From NCBI GenBank assembly GCA_046563655.1, contig CM102288.1, forward strand, positions 5,580,001 to 5,644,000: a stretch of 64,000 bases of DNA. The letters run 5' to 3'. This DNA comes from Yuukianura sp. NJ FZ-2021. Taxonomy: Eukaryota. Under the pieces are notes generated by a model. That model searched no databases, was not told the origin of the DNA, and was given only the letters and a program-made list of their open reading frames with translations. The position numbers and the translations under genes were made by a program. Position 1 is the first letter of the stretch, and each line of letters opens with the position of its first letter. Below, one piece after another: positions 35,417 to 53,400 of this stretch.

Positions 35417-37385
35417 ATGGAAACGGAATTCGATACCGGTAAACAGGAGTTGAACCTCCTGACTTTACCGATTGTAATTTTTGACATCATTTGTTCCTAT
35501 CTATCCGTGAACGAACTGGAGCACATGTCAACAATTTCTGAGGATTGGAAATCAGCAGTCCACTACACGATCGCTCGGAGACTTGCAGCGGTAGAGAAAC
35601 TCCCTGAAGCGGAACGGGAGCACCATGCAAAGGATTTGGCAACACACACTGCTGATAATTTGAGCCTTCTAAAGAAGTATGAAGCCAACACGGTTATCGG
35701 AAAGGTGGAGCTAAGGAAGGCCAAGACAACTCATGACGTGTAAGGATAAACTTAATTCAGTGTCATAAAATTTATCTAACGCTAAAAGTATTTCTGACGT
35801 TCCTCAAGCAAGTTGTTGGTTATTTATTACAGAGAGTTCGCAAGTATGCCTGGAGGTGTATCCCGTGTGACTGGTGGGGGAAACCAACCGCTGAATGAAG
35901 TATTTCAGTTCTTTTTTACCCATGAATTGGTGTGTAGAAGGGATTTCAACCTCATTCACCAGCAACGTCTCTGGAAGGTTAGAAGTGTTATAATAAGTTT
36001 GTTATAATTTGCTTGACACCTAACAGTTTGCTCTCACTCAGTACTTACTGTTATTTTGTATAGTTAAAACCTGTCGGGACCTGTGCTAATGATGCTGCTG
36101 AATACACAATTGCGGACCACAATGACAAAAATAAAGCGATAGACAGGAGGTAACCTTTTTAGAAATCATGTTGATAGTTCACTGTAACAACGTTGCAAAT
36201 CAATGTGGACTAACATTGGAGTTTTTTTTTGGCTTTTTGGTAGAATCCTTGCTGTTTACCATAACAAAATACTGGTGGGATTCAACCAACAGGCAGCCTT
36301 TCACCGAGGTAGTATAGAACTATGCGAAATTGTCGACGTCTGTCACGACACTCAGACTGTAACCGTCAGGCGATTGTGGGAAATTTTTTTCCCTTTTAGT
36401 TCTTTCCTGCTTCGAATTTACTGTGATAGGGTACGTTCGTTCAAAAAAATAACGTTTTACATTTTTTTTGTTTTCGTACATTGGCAATTTTTTGGTGGTA
36501 TACTCGTTTAGGTTGTTGCGGTCTTCGGCACTGGATACGTCGGTATATGGTGTCCCAGGTCAGGTGATGACGCTGCGGAACACCTAATTTCCAAACAACG
36601 AATTTTGGGCACTGTAAATGATATTTTCCGAATTGGGAACGTGATGATCCTACATTCGGAACGGAGTAAGATATAACATTCCAACATACGGATATTGCAA
36701 CATTTTGATTTTTACGACGTTCAACTTCGATTTGAGATTTACATGTATTAATTTTTTATTGCACATTAGAGTATTTCCACATAATCGATGCTTTGACGGA
36801 GGAGCAGGACTTTGAGCTTACAGAAATTCAGTTCCTGGATATGTGTTTTACCGTTTTCGAATCTCGAGGCTTTGGAGCAGAATTTCAATTCACGTCTGTC
36901 GATGATGTACAGTTAGCAGGAAATGTCCTGCTCGTCAAAGTGAATGGTGAATGATCTGTCTTTTTTTTCGAATTATGTAATAACATTTTGTAATAATTTG
37001 TTCTTCTTTAGTATTAGCAAGAAAGAAAGTTTCGATGCAGGCCGTATGTGCTTTGAAGCTCAGACATTTCCCCACTCTCCAAGACTTTTTGACGGTTTAC
37101 AATTTTAATAAGTTGGTGAACATGGATGAGTCTGATATCATCGCAGCTCCTGGGGAGTCCACAATGCTTCTTATCCCGCCTTCAATGGTTCCTGGAAGGC
37201 TTGATCAAGATAACCCAAGAGTCAAAGCTTCCTTTGTGACACTACCATTTTCGGAACAGGATAAGGCTGATGTATTTGACATCGTTGACTCTCAGGGCAC
37301 TTCCAACACCAGTCCTGTTCAGTTCGACTTAAAACTCCTAAGATCTTGGATTACCCGCTCCACACTTTCCAAAACTTCCACTTAG
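35417..37385 (+). CDS. F-box domain protein, multi-exon, C-terminal domain unrecognised
   Basis: LLTLPIVIFDIICSYLSVNELEHMSTISEDWKSAV F-box motif; run of short GT-AG introns to a stop at 37385. Confidence 0.62.
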
Positions 37386-38000
37386 TAAATGAGTTCCCAA
37401 AACGACGTTTACTTTTATATGTTTTTGTAAAAAGAAAATTTTTTTTTCGTGTTGCGGTAGAAGTTATATAAAACGTGCCTTAGTTTCATCTGTCACTGGT
37501 TCAACATTTGAATCCTGCGTTGCTCTATCTGGAATAAATGTGGAGTTTTTCAAAGGATTTTCCCAAAAACCTGCAAACGCAATAATTAAACTACATTACA
37601 GTTGTGTGTTTTTCACTACTAACAAATATTAATTAAAATGAAGCTCAAGCTTTAAAAATATTAGTTTCATTTCCGCGCGCTAAGTAGCAAAACTTATTTA
37701 GCAATTAAAATTGCCCAAAAATGTAATCTTGAGCGTTGAAGTTGCATACAAAACTTTTTTCCAATTTCCACAAAAACTTATTAGCGTTTTTATTTCTAGT
37801 TGATCGTCTTTTATTTCTAGTTTCGCAACAAATGAATGTTGAAAGTCCGAAATTAATCGCGCGAGGAACATGGTACTAATCAACCTCATGTTGCAACGTT
37901 TTTCATTCTTAACAAAAATTAATTAAAACGAAGTTTCAATAAATTGTCGGAAAACCGAAATTTTATGATTTAGTATGTTTTCAATTCCAAAGTAAAAAAC

Positions 38001-39555
38001 ATGACTATTGATAGCAGCAGTAGATTAGTCCACATACGTTACATTGTACAGTACATTGCGTTTTTGTCAAAGTTGAACATTGTTCCACTCGAATTCAACT
38101 CCAGTGGACAAGTCGTAGTTACATCAACACTAAAACAAGGGTTGTGGCTCTTTATTTTAATGTTAAGTTATTGCAGACTAACATTGTTAGGTTTTGGTCT
38201 ATGCTGCTACTTACTAAACATCATTCAGGTAAAACTTGCAGACGCAATAATCACATTCTTCTACTTTTTAACATTCCTGATGTCTGTGGCAATTCATGGC
38301 GGAATAATGTTCAAACGAAGAGAGTTTGCTTACACGTTCAACCAGATCATATTTCTTCATGGTCAAATCGAAGGTAACTAGCCTAACACAACTAACATAA
38401 CATAATGTAACTTAACTAATGTAATCTTGACTATACTGTAACAAATATGTCACATTTTAGTGCGCTACAACGACAAGTTTAAGCTACTGTGGAAACAAAT
38501 TTCTTGGTTTGCAAAATTTTTTGCAGTGTCTACTGCCTTCAACGTATCGGTTTGTTTTGTATTTGAATTGACATTTCCGCGGAAACTTTTTCATCCCTGG
38601 TTCTTTGTTCCAAACTCCTTCCAACCTCGCTTCGGCTTGAAATTTTTTGTGGCCATTTTGGACGCTTACACTCTCTACTTTTTCGAAACGTTTGGCGTTT
38701 TTGTGGTTCTCTTCAGTATCATCTACGTCCTTCCAATCACCAAGGCAACAAGGATTCTTAGGTATACGATACTTCTTAAAGGCGGAGTTTTAACTTAAAC
38801 GACTTAAATAGCTCGAATTTCTTTGATTGACCATGAATGTAATTAATTAAAGTTAGATTAAATTTTACTCACACGGAGGTGTATTTTGTTGCATCATTTT
38901 CTGTTGAGCAAGTAACTTCTTTTCTTTTTCTTTTTCTTTTGAATGCTACGGGCGATTTTTTGTTTGCGAAAGTGACAGCAAACTTCTTTCTACTCGGAAA
39001 GTTGCGGAAAAATTTTTGTTGGCAAAGTTGCAGAAGATTTTCTGTTTTCTTAAGGAACATTTTTTTTTTATAACTAGACGCTTTCTAAATGATAAACATT
39101 TTTGACGCAGATTCGCCAGAAACTCTTCTATTCCTTTATACCGTCAATTTCAATTGGTTGATCTGCACTACAGAAACTGTTTTTCTCCCGTCCATTTCTT
39201 TACTATGATATCGATGCTTGGTTTGTCCTGGATTATACAAGCATATTTTCTCATAACAGACAAACACGGATTCCTGGGTATTCACTTGTACTTAATATTT
39301 GGCCTTGCAATACTAATGACAACAGGGGTTCTACTTGTGTGTATCATCACCTATGCGAAACTCCATACTGGAAGTGCATCGCTCATTTCAAGTTGGAAGT
39401 GCCATGCAACAACGGCAGAGGAAGTTCGGGCTTTGAAAAGTTTGCAGCCACTGAAAATTTATGTTCGTAGGTTCTTCTTCATTAAAAAGCGCACGCCGGT
39501 TGTATACTTTTGCTTTCTTTTTGATTGTCTCATAAATGTTTTACTGTCAACGTAA
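38001..39555 (+). CDS. Gustatory-receptor-like multi-pass membrane protein, 3 exons
   Basis: Hydrophobic exons 38001-~38373, ~38461-38761, ~39111-39555; LNIVPL N-terminal motif; C-terminal SLQPLKIYVRRFF...FDCLINVLLST; paralogous to 40338-42222. Confidence 0.7.
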
Positions 39556-39843
39556 GCTTGCGAAGGCTAGGTCGACGATGCTTTATTGTTATCTGCTATC
39601 TCTGTGCTATACATAAATTCATAAATACAGAAATTCAACAAATAAACTAAACAAAAATAGTTTTTAAAAGCAACTTATTTGAAGAATTCATTTCTTTCGG
39701 CAATGCCTTCATTTTGAAAGTTTTTTTTCTTTTAATTTGAATTTTAAATTCAAATTGTTCCTTCTTATGTAATCAAGGTCAGACTTTTCTTATTTCAATT
39801 TTTATATAGTTAATAAGTCGTTAGATTATTATTGTTTTGCCTA

Positions 39844-40170
39844 CAACTACTGGAGGAAATTCGGACTTGAAAAATATACAGCCGCTGAAAATTTTTGTTG
39901 GTTCTTATTCATTAGAAAGTGCACTTTTTCTTTCTCTTCGACTGTCAATATGAAGGTTGGTTCATTACGCTTATCTACCATTTCTGTGCTACAGCTAAAT
40001 TCAAAACCAAACTTAATTAAAAAAAACTAATTTAAAAAGCAACCTGTTTTGGAGCATTCGACTCTTTCGGCGGCCTCGATTTCATTTTGAAGGGTTTTTT
40101 AAAATGCCTTTTTTTAAATTTTTTTTTGAAATTTTTCTTGTTAATGCGATCAAGGTCACGCTTTTCTCAT
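39844..40170 (+). pseudogene. Degenerate duplicate of the 3' end and 3' flank of the preceding GR-like gene
   Basis: gaggaaattcggacttgaaaaatatacagccgctgaaaattt resembles gaggaagttcgggctttgaaaagtttgcagccactgaaaattt (~39418); downstream ctgtgcta, aaaagcaac, ttcattttgaa and atcaaggtca blocks are also shared; indels break the frame. Confidence 0.6.
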
Positions 40171-40337
40171 TTTCTTTTCTCATCATCCAAACGAAGACGC
40201 TAAATTTTGGCGGTAATGGAATTCTGAATTTTTTAATAGCGCGGGTGCAAAACGAAGTATAAAATGAACAGTTTGTAACCAGCGAATCATTTCTCTGAAA
40301 TTTAAAGAATGGAAAAATTTGAAACTATTAAGAAAAA

Positions 40338-42222
40338 ATGACTGGAAAGAGTCGATCAGGTATTAGTGACAAACTTAAAAATATTGAATTCATTGCTAAA
40401 TTCACAAATTTTGCGGCCAGTCTAAACGTTGTGCCGTTCAGGTTCAATAAAGCGGGAGAATTTGAACGTAGCTCCAAACTCCGTCAATCACTTTGGCTAT
40501 TTCTGTTTTTCTTGACTCTTTTCAAATTGGTTTCCTTGGGAACAGTTTTGGTTCAATGGTACTTCAACTTCATTTCCGTGACAATTTTCGACATTGTAGT
40601 TACAATTTATTTCATTTCAATTTACACTATCTCTGCGTCATGTCATGCTGGATTGATTTTCACACGAGACGAGTTCGTTTATGGATTCAACCAAATAATT
40701 TTCATAAATAATTTGAATCACGGTAAACCTTTGTATAACCTTTGGCAAAAAAACGCCTTATATTCGTCAAAATAGATTTTTTTTGTACAGTAAAGCATCC
40801 AAGAGAATACGAGAAATTGTGGCTACAAATGGCGAATCTTGCCAAATTTTTTGCCGTGACCCTGGTCAACATTACGAATATGGCTGCCGTGATGGGTTTG
40901 ATTTTTCCTCGCAGAATTTTCAATTTCTACTACTTTGTTCCTAATTTTTTGGATAATTTTGTTGTGTTGGTTCTTTTTGCTGTAATGGAGGCGTATGTCA
41001 TGTTCGGATTGTGTGGCATGGGTGGATTCATGGTCAGCTTTAGTCTTGCCTACATGCTACCCTGCATACTTACACTCCAACAATTACGGTTCTATATACT
41101 AAAATCAATAAATTTGTACTAATAATATAGCTATAATATAATAATAATAGCAAAGTAATGTTTCTCTAGATACGACACACAGTGGTCGGCTTTTGAAAAA
41201 AAAGTTCGTTAGTTTTTTGAAGCAAACTTTAATCAGAACGTTGCCATTCGCAACGGTGTCGGTTGAAAGAAGGAAACAGTGAACAATTTTCAATTTGTTT
41301 TATTTTAACATTTAATAGCAGTTCATTAACTAAATATTAAGCAAAACAAAAGCAAACTAAGCTTTCTTCTCGTTAGTAGCAGAGTCTAGAATAGACAATT
41401 TTGTCTTCAAATCTCAATATAAGATCAACTTATAAATGCCAAATCACAAACTCGCAAATTATGACTATTGCAACCAAGAAAATAAACAAGAATTTAGGAA
41501 TAGTTTGGATAAGCCTTGAGTCATAATTAAGCGATATCTACCGAGTTCCACCTCAAAATGTCGAAGACTAAGGCCTCCAGAACGCTAATCACCATTGGGT
41601 TTGTCATTAGAGGGTGAGGCATTTTGAGGCAAAAAATCAATCGGTGCCTCAATTTTTGGGTCAAAATGACACTGATAAGTTAGTTTGTTTACAAAATTTA
41701 TTTGATTCCCTGAGAACCAAATAATAAAGAAAACAACCACTGTGCGACACTCGGACAGACCGATTCGAAACGTTATATTCTGAGTCAAAAATTTCCCTGT
41801 TGACGTATCGTCAGTTTCAACTGCTTGATCGTCTCCATAGAGACTGCTGCTCAACAGTGCCTATTCCAACTCTGGTGGTCCAAGTGGCATCTGCAATAGT
41901 TATGCAACTTTATGCTCTCATAACAAAACGATTTGGATCTCTTGGTACTCTCATCTACTGCATGTTTGGAGCGACACTTACGTACGGTATTACACTGTTG
42001 CTGTTCTTCATCGTGATGGCTGGAACTTTGAATACTGAGAGTAACAAATTGATAGCGACGTGGAAACGGAACGTCAAAAGTAGCGAAGAACTGCGCGTAG
42101 TCAGAAGTTTCCGACCGCTGAGAATCTATGTTGGAAGGCTATACGTTATAACAAGTGACACGCCGATGACTTACTTTAGACTTCTTTTTGATTGTCTCAT
42201 TGATCTGCTATTGTCAACTTAA
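40338..42222 (+). CDS. Gustatory-receptor-like multi-pass membrane protein, 3 exons
   Basis: Same exon layout as 38001-39555; LNVVPF; C-terminal SFRPLRIYVGRLY...FDCLIDLLLST. Confidence 0.7.
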
Positions 42223-42726
42223 AGAGCTAGACGCATATTTTTCTCATATAAAGTGAAAGGTTCCGCATTCCACATCATTAGAGAAATAAATCGAAAAATT
42301 CCATTACAGAATCAGCGTCACTTAGTAACTTGAAAGTAATAAAGCTTATTCACTATTAAAAATTTAACATTGGTGGCCACTTCATTCTAAATTTTAATAA
42401 AAACGTACTTATGATTTTACAACCGAGTTTACAAATTACCTAACTTAAGCCTTACAATAAATATTACATTACTAAACATAAAATGTCAGCATAATAATGC
42501 ATTGAAGTGTAATAACCTGGGAATCAGAAAACTTTCGGAATAAAATATCAAAAATGTATCTTTACTTTAGCTTGAAAAGTTGTATTTTTGCTGCCAATAA
42601 TTGTTCCCCTAGCAACGGTGGCCATGTAACTTGCTACGAACGTGGAAACATTTTGTTTTGTCAAACTTTAAAAGAAAATTCCTCTTACCTTTGACCTGAA
42701 ATCAGCAGATACCGGACGCCAGCATA

Positions 42727-43764
42727 ATGGCGCCAGTAAATCCATGCTGCAGTTTTGACGTCAAGATTGGAGTCATTATCATGACAATTCCGTATGCGGT
42801 AAGGTCAAATATCCGACATATTCCTCTCTCTCACACTAAAACGCACGACTCAAAGTCAGACTTCGCTCATTTAAATTTTGTTTCAGATTTACAGTTTGAT
42901 TGAAATTTGTGCGGATTCGGTGTTGGTGCATGCCAGCTTGGATAGCAAGTTCGGACAATCACTTGGGTGGGGAATGATTTTCGTTCCTTCCCATAGCTTA
43001 TGGCTTGCGTTTCATTGGATTTGGTTAGGAGATGATTACAATACAGTCTTCATTGTTGCACTTGCGGTGGACTTACTCACTTTCGTCATCAGTGCTTTGA
43101 CATTCGTTGGAGCCCTGACCGTAAGTGACTCAAGTGCTCTTGCATTCACAAAAATTTGAAAAAAAAAAACTGAAAAAAAACAAGAGTTTTTTCTGTAAGT
43201 TTGAATTTGTTTTTGATTTTGCAGAAAGTGCGTTTGCTCGTCGGAGTTTGGTACCTCATTGTGCCTACTCACATCGCCTATGTTGTGACGTTCATAGTCA
43301 AAGCCCAGAAGCAAAAGATTCATTGGCCAATCCTGACCCTCCTCTTCATGCTTGTTTTGAAGGCGTACGAAGTGTGGGTTGCGCAGGCGCTGATCAATCA
43401 GATCGGCGCAGAAAAACGCGGAGAGATTCCTCCCAACAATGCGCAGGGTTTCAACCAACTCCAGCCAGTCCAGTATGCGTATCCACAGCCTTATCCAGCG
43501 ATAGCTGAACAACCACCACCTCCTTACTATCAGCAACAAGATCAACAACAACAACCTCAACAGTACTGGCAACAAGGTCAACAACCTCCGCAGTACTTTG
43601 AACAAGGTCAACAACTTCCGCAGTACTTTCAACAAAGTCAACAACAACAACCTCAACAGTACTACCAACAAGGTCAACAACCTCCGCAGTATTTTCCACA
43701 AGGTCAACAACCTCCGCCACCACCTTACACACCAAACCCACCACCTCAGCTTCCTAAGGCATAG
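42727..43764 (+). CDS. Multi-pass (~4 TM) membrane protein with Q/P/Y-rich repeat tail, paralogue A, 3 exons
   Basis: MAPVNPCCSFDVKIGVIIM start; hydrophobic segments; VWVAQALINQI; tail with PPPPYY, QQGQQPPQYF repeats and PPPPY. Confidence 0.78.
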
Positions 43765-44294
43765 GTTTCACTAATTGGCCCGCCGACGACCAATCAAAAT
43801 CCAGCAATCGATGCTCACTCACGGACCAATCAGGAATTTCCAATTTCCCGACTTTGTTTTCATCTAAAAAAAATAATTTTTTTAAAACGTGTTTCAGAAT
43901 TTAATAAAAATTGGGCAGTAAAAATAAGACGAAGCGTTTTTACAATAAACCTAAATGTGAAACTGATATTGAAAGTTATTCAAACACAATTTGTAACATA
44001 TTTTTCAAAAAAAATATATGTTAGTAAAAAACCTATACAAGTTTGAGTTGTTTTTTTTATTAACTTATCTTCCATTTCATCCCGAATTCAGTTATTTCCA
44101 GGAAAAATTGGGGCAATGTGAAACTCCAGTTTTACATTACCTTAACAACAGCCGCCATGTTTGTTTCTTCGTAACCAACAAAAAATTGTTTCTTATTTTT
44201 TGAAAAAAGAAACATTTTTATATTTCTGTTGTAAAAAAAATACCAATTTTTTTGATTTGGCTTATACAAGAAGTCAGAAACCAGGCACTTTTCA

Positions 44295-45481
44295 ATGGCG
44301 CCTGCAAATCCCTGCTGCAGTTGTGACGTCAAGATTGGAGTCATAGTCATGACAGTTGTGTATGTGGTAAGGTCAAATATACAACACATTTCTGTCTCAC
44401 GCAAGCGCACAACTCAGAGTCAGACTCATCTTGACTCACGACTCAAAAGTTATGACTCATAATCAAAAAAGAGTCACGGCTGAAAAACATAACTAGAATC
44501 GCTTCGTTTTTAATCGAGTTATGGTCTTGAACCGTGACTCATGAGTCAAGAGTCGTGAGTCATTGAGACTTCCTGGCCTTTGACAAGTAGTATAAGGTTT
44601 GAGGGAATCATACTAATGTTAAATTTTGTTTCAGGTTTACAGTGCACTTGAAATTTGTGTGGATCCGTTCCTATTGGCTGTGAGCAAAGATAAAGATTTC
44701 CTCGGTTGGACTGAGCTGTTCGCACTTGTCATACCCTACCCTAACTTATGGATGCTGCTACTTGTGGAACAACGTGATTATACTAAGTTCTTAATCGTCG
44801 TATTGGCCGTGGACTTACTCACCCTCGTCATCAGTGTATTGACATTCATTGCAGCTCTGACCGTGAGTGGCCCAATCGATCCTGTATTCCAAAAAATTCA
44901 AAAAAAGAAGCTTTTTTTGAAAGTTTGGAATTTGTTTGATTTTGCAGAAAGTACAGTTGCTCCTCCGCGTTTGGTATTTGATTGTGCCTACTCACCTCGC
45001 CTTTGCTGTGGCGCTTATAGTCCTAGGCATCAGAAAAACCATCTATGGACCAATCACGATCCTCCTCCTTATGCTAATTTTGAAGGCGTACGAAGTGTGG
45101 GTTGCGCAGGCGCTGATCAATCAGATCGGCACAGAAGAACGAGGAGAGAATCCGCAACGGAATGCGCAGGGTTTCAACCAACTCCAGCCCATCCAGTATG
45201 CGTATCCACAGCCGTATCCGGCGCTAGGTGAACAACCACCACCTCCCTACTATCAGCTACAAGGTCAACAACAACAACCTCAACAGTACTGGCAACAAGG
45301 TCAACAACCTCCGCAGTACTTGCAACAAGGTCAACAACCTCCGCAGTACTTGCAACAAGGTCAACAATCTCCGCAGTATTTTCAACAAGGTCAACAACCT
45401 CCGCAGTACTTTCAACAAGGTCAACAACCTCCGCCACCTCCTTACATACCAAACCCACCACCTCAGCTTCCTAAGGCATAG
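44295..45481 (+). CDS. Multi-pass membrane protein with Q/P/Y-rich tail, paralogue B, 3 exons
   Basis: MAPANPCCSCDVKIGVIVM; last exon and 3' flank nearly identical to paralogue A; 30-nt tandem unit encoding QQGQQPPQY(L/F). Confidence 0.78.
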
Positions 45482-46004
45482 GTTTCACCAATTGGCCTAC
45501 CGCAAGCCAATCAAAATCCAGCAATCGATGCTCATTCACGAACCAATCAGGAATTTCCAATTTAACAACTTCGTTTTCATCTAAAAGAAAATAAGTTTTT
45601 AAAACGTGTTTGAAAATTTAATAAAAATTGGGCAGTAAAAATAAGACGAACTTTTTAGCAAACCTAAATCTGAAACTGAAATTGAAAAATAATACAAAAC
45701 AATTTTTACCATATTTTTCAAAAAAAGAAATTGTGTAAAAAACCTATTCAAGTGTTAAATATTCCATTTCTTCCCAAATTCACTTTATTTCAAGGAAAAA
45801 TTGGGGCAATGTGAAACTCGACTTTCGTTGTCATAACACCAGCCGTCATGTTTTCTTTTTCCTAGGAAATAAAAAAAAATTGTTACTTATATTTTGTGAA
45901 AAAAAAACAAACAAAAATTTTTCATAATTTTGTTGTAAAAAATTACCAAATTTTTCCGATTTTCTTATTTGGCTTACAAGAAGTCAGAAATCAGACACTT
46001 TTCC

Positions 46005-46934
46005 ATGGCGCCTGTAAATCCCTGCTGCTGCTGTGACATCAAGATTGGAGTCATAGTTATGACATCTATATTTTTGGTAAGTAATCCGTCCATCGTCCAT
46101 CGCTTACCGTCCACCGTCTATTCCATGACGTCCACCGTCCATTGCCTACCGTCCACTGTCACACTTTGATTTTATTTCTTGTCAGTTTTTCGACGTAATT
46201 GAAATTCCCCTCACAATGGCCATTCTCATTACTAGCGACTACTCTTACACCGATGCCAACAATGAAGTGCTGCAACGTCTGCGTGGAGACGAGGAATTTG
46301 CGATCGCCATGGTCTACTTGGTGGCAAACTTCGTTGAAATCGTCGTCACCATCATCACGCTGATTGGCGCGTGTAATGTGAGCTCTTGTCCAATCACATT
46401 CTCAAATTCTGGAAAACGTTTTTTTTTTAATTTTGCTGTTTGTTACGTTTTTAGCGAATTGTTGGGATGATTCGTTCCTGGTACGCCATTGTGCTTGTGT
46501 ACCTGTGCTACGCTGGCGCCAGTTTCAGAAAATTCAAGATGGATTACATCTACTTTTGGGTCATCGCGGTCGTCTTTGTTGGACTATTTATAGCCTACTT
46601 CGTGTGGGTTGCGCAGGCGCTCATCAACAAAATTAAGGCAGAAGACCGCGGAGAAATTCCTGCCGAAGGGCAAGCATTCAACCAATTCCAACCTGCCCAG
46701 TATCCATATCCCCAGCAAAATGCTGGATACCCAGTCCAAGGTCAACCTCCACCGCCATATTACTCCCCACAACGTCAACAATCTCCGCCTCCATACTTTC
46801 AGCTGCAACAAGGTCAACAATCTCCTGTATACTTTCAGCAACAAGGTCAACAACCTCCTGGGTACTATCAGCAACAAGGTCAACAACCTCCAGCATTCGC
46901 TGGAAATGAAAAAGGAAATGCTGGTCTACAGTAA
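46005..46934 (+). CDS. Multi-pass membrane protein with Q/P/Y-rich tail, paralogue C (more divergent), 3 exons
   Basis: MAPVNPCCCCDIKIGVIVM; VWVAQALINKI; PPPPYY, SPPPYF, QQGQQ repeats. Confidence 0.78.
46086..46160. repeat. Degenerate 7-nt microsatellite (ccgtcca/tcgtcca) in intron 1 of paralogue C
   Basis: ccgtccatcgtccatcg...ccgtccaccgtct...cgtccaccgtccatt...ccgtccactgtc. Confidence 0.55.
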
Positions 46935-47802
46935 CACCGAACTCAAAATCGAAAGTCACTTAAAAAAGTAACAACTTTTCTTTTCTCACGCTACACAAAA
47001 AATGATAATGTAAAACTAAAACTAAATTGTCTAAATTAAAACTACTAATAAACGCTTGGTCAACAAAAATGCCACAATAGTTTCCGATGACGATGCGTCG
47101 TGATACTTAACAAGATTTATTTTTAGTAGAAAACTCATAAAGCAGTTTAACTTGCTGGCAAAATTTGGCAGTAGGTCAGTGACTGTTTCTGAGGAAGCAA
47201 CGGCAAAGGTTGACGTAAACTTTATCGATCATTATTGTAGCCACCACGCTTATACCTCTGCAGTGTATAAAGTTAATTCCTTTCCAAAAAAAAATGAATG
47301 AATAAAGTTATATTAATAGTAAGTTAATGGAATTAGTTTCTAATTTTACTACTGTTTCCATTAATCAGTTGATTGTGTTCCTGTCGGAGTGAATTCTTTT
47401 GAATCCGTCTGAATTCTAGCGGAGTCCAAGGATTAGTGTGATCCCAATAATGTGATGAATCAAGTTCGAACTAAAGGTTACTTATTCACACAGCTGACTT
47501 CATTAGAATTACGAAGATCATTAAAGTTAAGGTGACGAAGACGACGACCACTTAGCTCGCGTGTCAACAAGAACAAGGTCTTTACATCCCAGTTTGCTAA
47601 ATTAAGTAAATCAAGTCATTTCCAGACGATTGCTCAGGTCATTTGGTATGTAAGACGATTTCATTTCGTTATCATTTGAACAGTTGTTTACTAGTACTTG
47701 AACTTGTTTCTTATTCAGATACGCATTGAGTTCCACTCCAACTTCAACACGTAACAGAGAGACGGATTATTACTGGCAAATCGTTTGTATTGATCAAAAG
47801 AG

Positions 47803-52978
<5,176 letters not shown>

Positions 52979-53202
52979 TGAAAGAATTTTTAAACCATTG
53001 GTAGGCCCTTGGCCTTACGCGACCTTGACCCTTGTTTCGACGTATGTATTTATGCATCCACTTTTTACTACTAATGCTGACTATACTTTTATAAATTGAA
53101 GAATCTTAACGTACTAAAAGTGCTAACGTGAGTGGAAATAAACTTTTATTAGTTAAATCCAGCATCGACAATGTTTTTTTTTATTACTAGTACTTGCGTA
53201 GT

Positions 53203-53400
53203 TTATCGTAGCGCCTGCGCTTCACGCTGATTTATGTCATTAAGTGCGTCAAAAAACTCTGCTTTTAGTAATTCTTCTTCCTCCTGAAGTTTCTTCAACA
53301 GTTTCAACAACGGATCTTGTTCCTTTCGCTTTGCCTTGATTCTATTCAACATAAGACGCAGACGCGCCTGTTTGTTGTTGTTACAGGGCAGGGATTCCTG
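53203..53400 (-). CDS. Possible last exon of an unrecognised small spliced gene (coiled-coil-like)
   Basis: Acceptor ttttgactttcag then ESLPCNNNKQARLRLMLNRIKAKRKEQDPLLKLLKKLQEEEELLKAEFF...*; minus-strand AATAAA downstream; AAG|GTCAGT donor at ~53517. Confidence 0.3.
   Translation of the reverse strand, partial: QESLPCNNNKQARLRLMLNRIKAKRKEQDPLLKLLKKLQEEEELLKAEFFDALNDINQREAQALR

Noticed and set aside
43520..45440. Regular 30-nt repeats that could be mistaken for a CRISPR array
   Set aside because: No unique spacers; they are in-frame coding repeats (QQGQQPPQY) in eukaryotic genes, and no cas genes are present
43036..46971. Antisense and alternate-frame ORFs (LLTLL.., VVDLV.., NKVNNL..)
   Set aside because: Shadow translations of the Q/P-rich coding repeats
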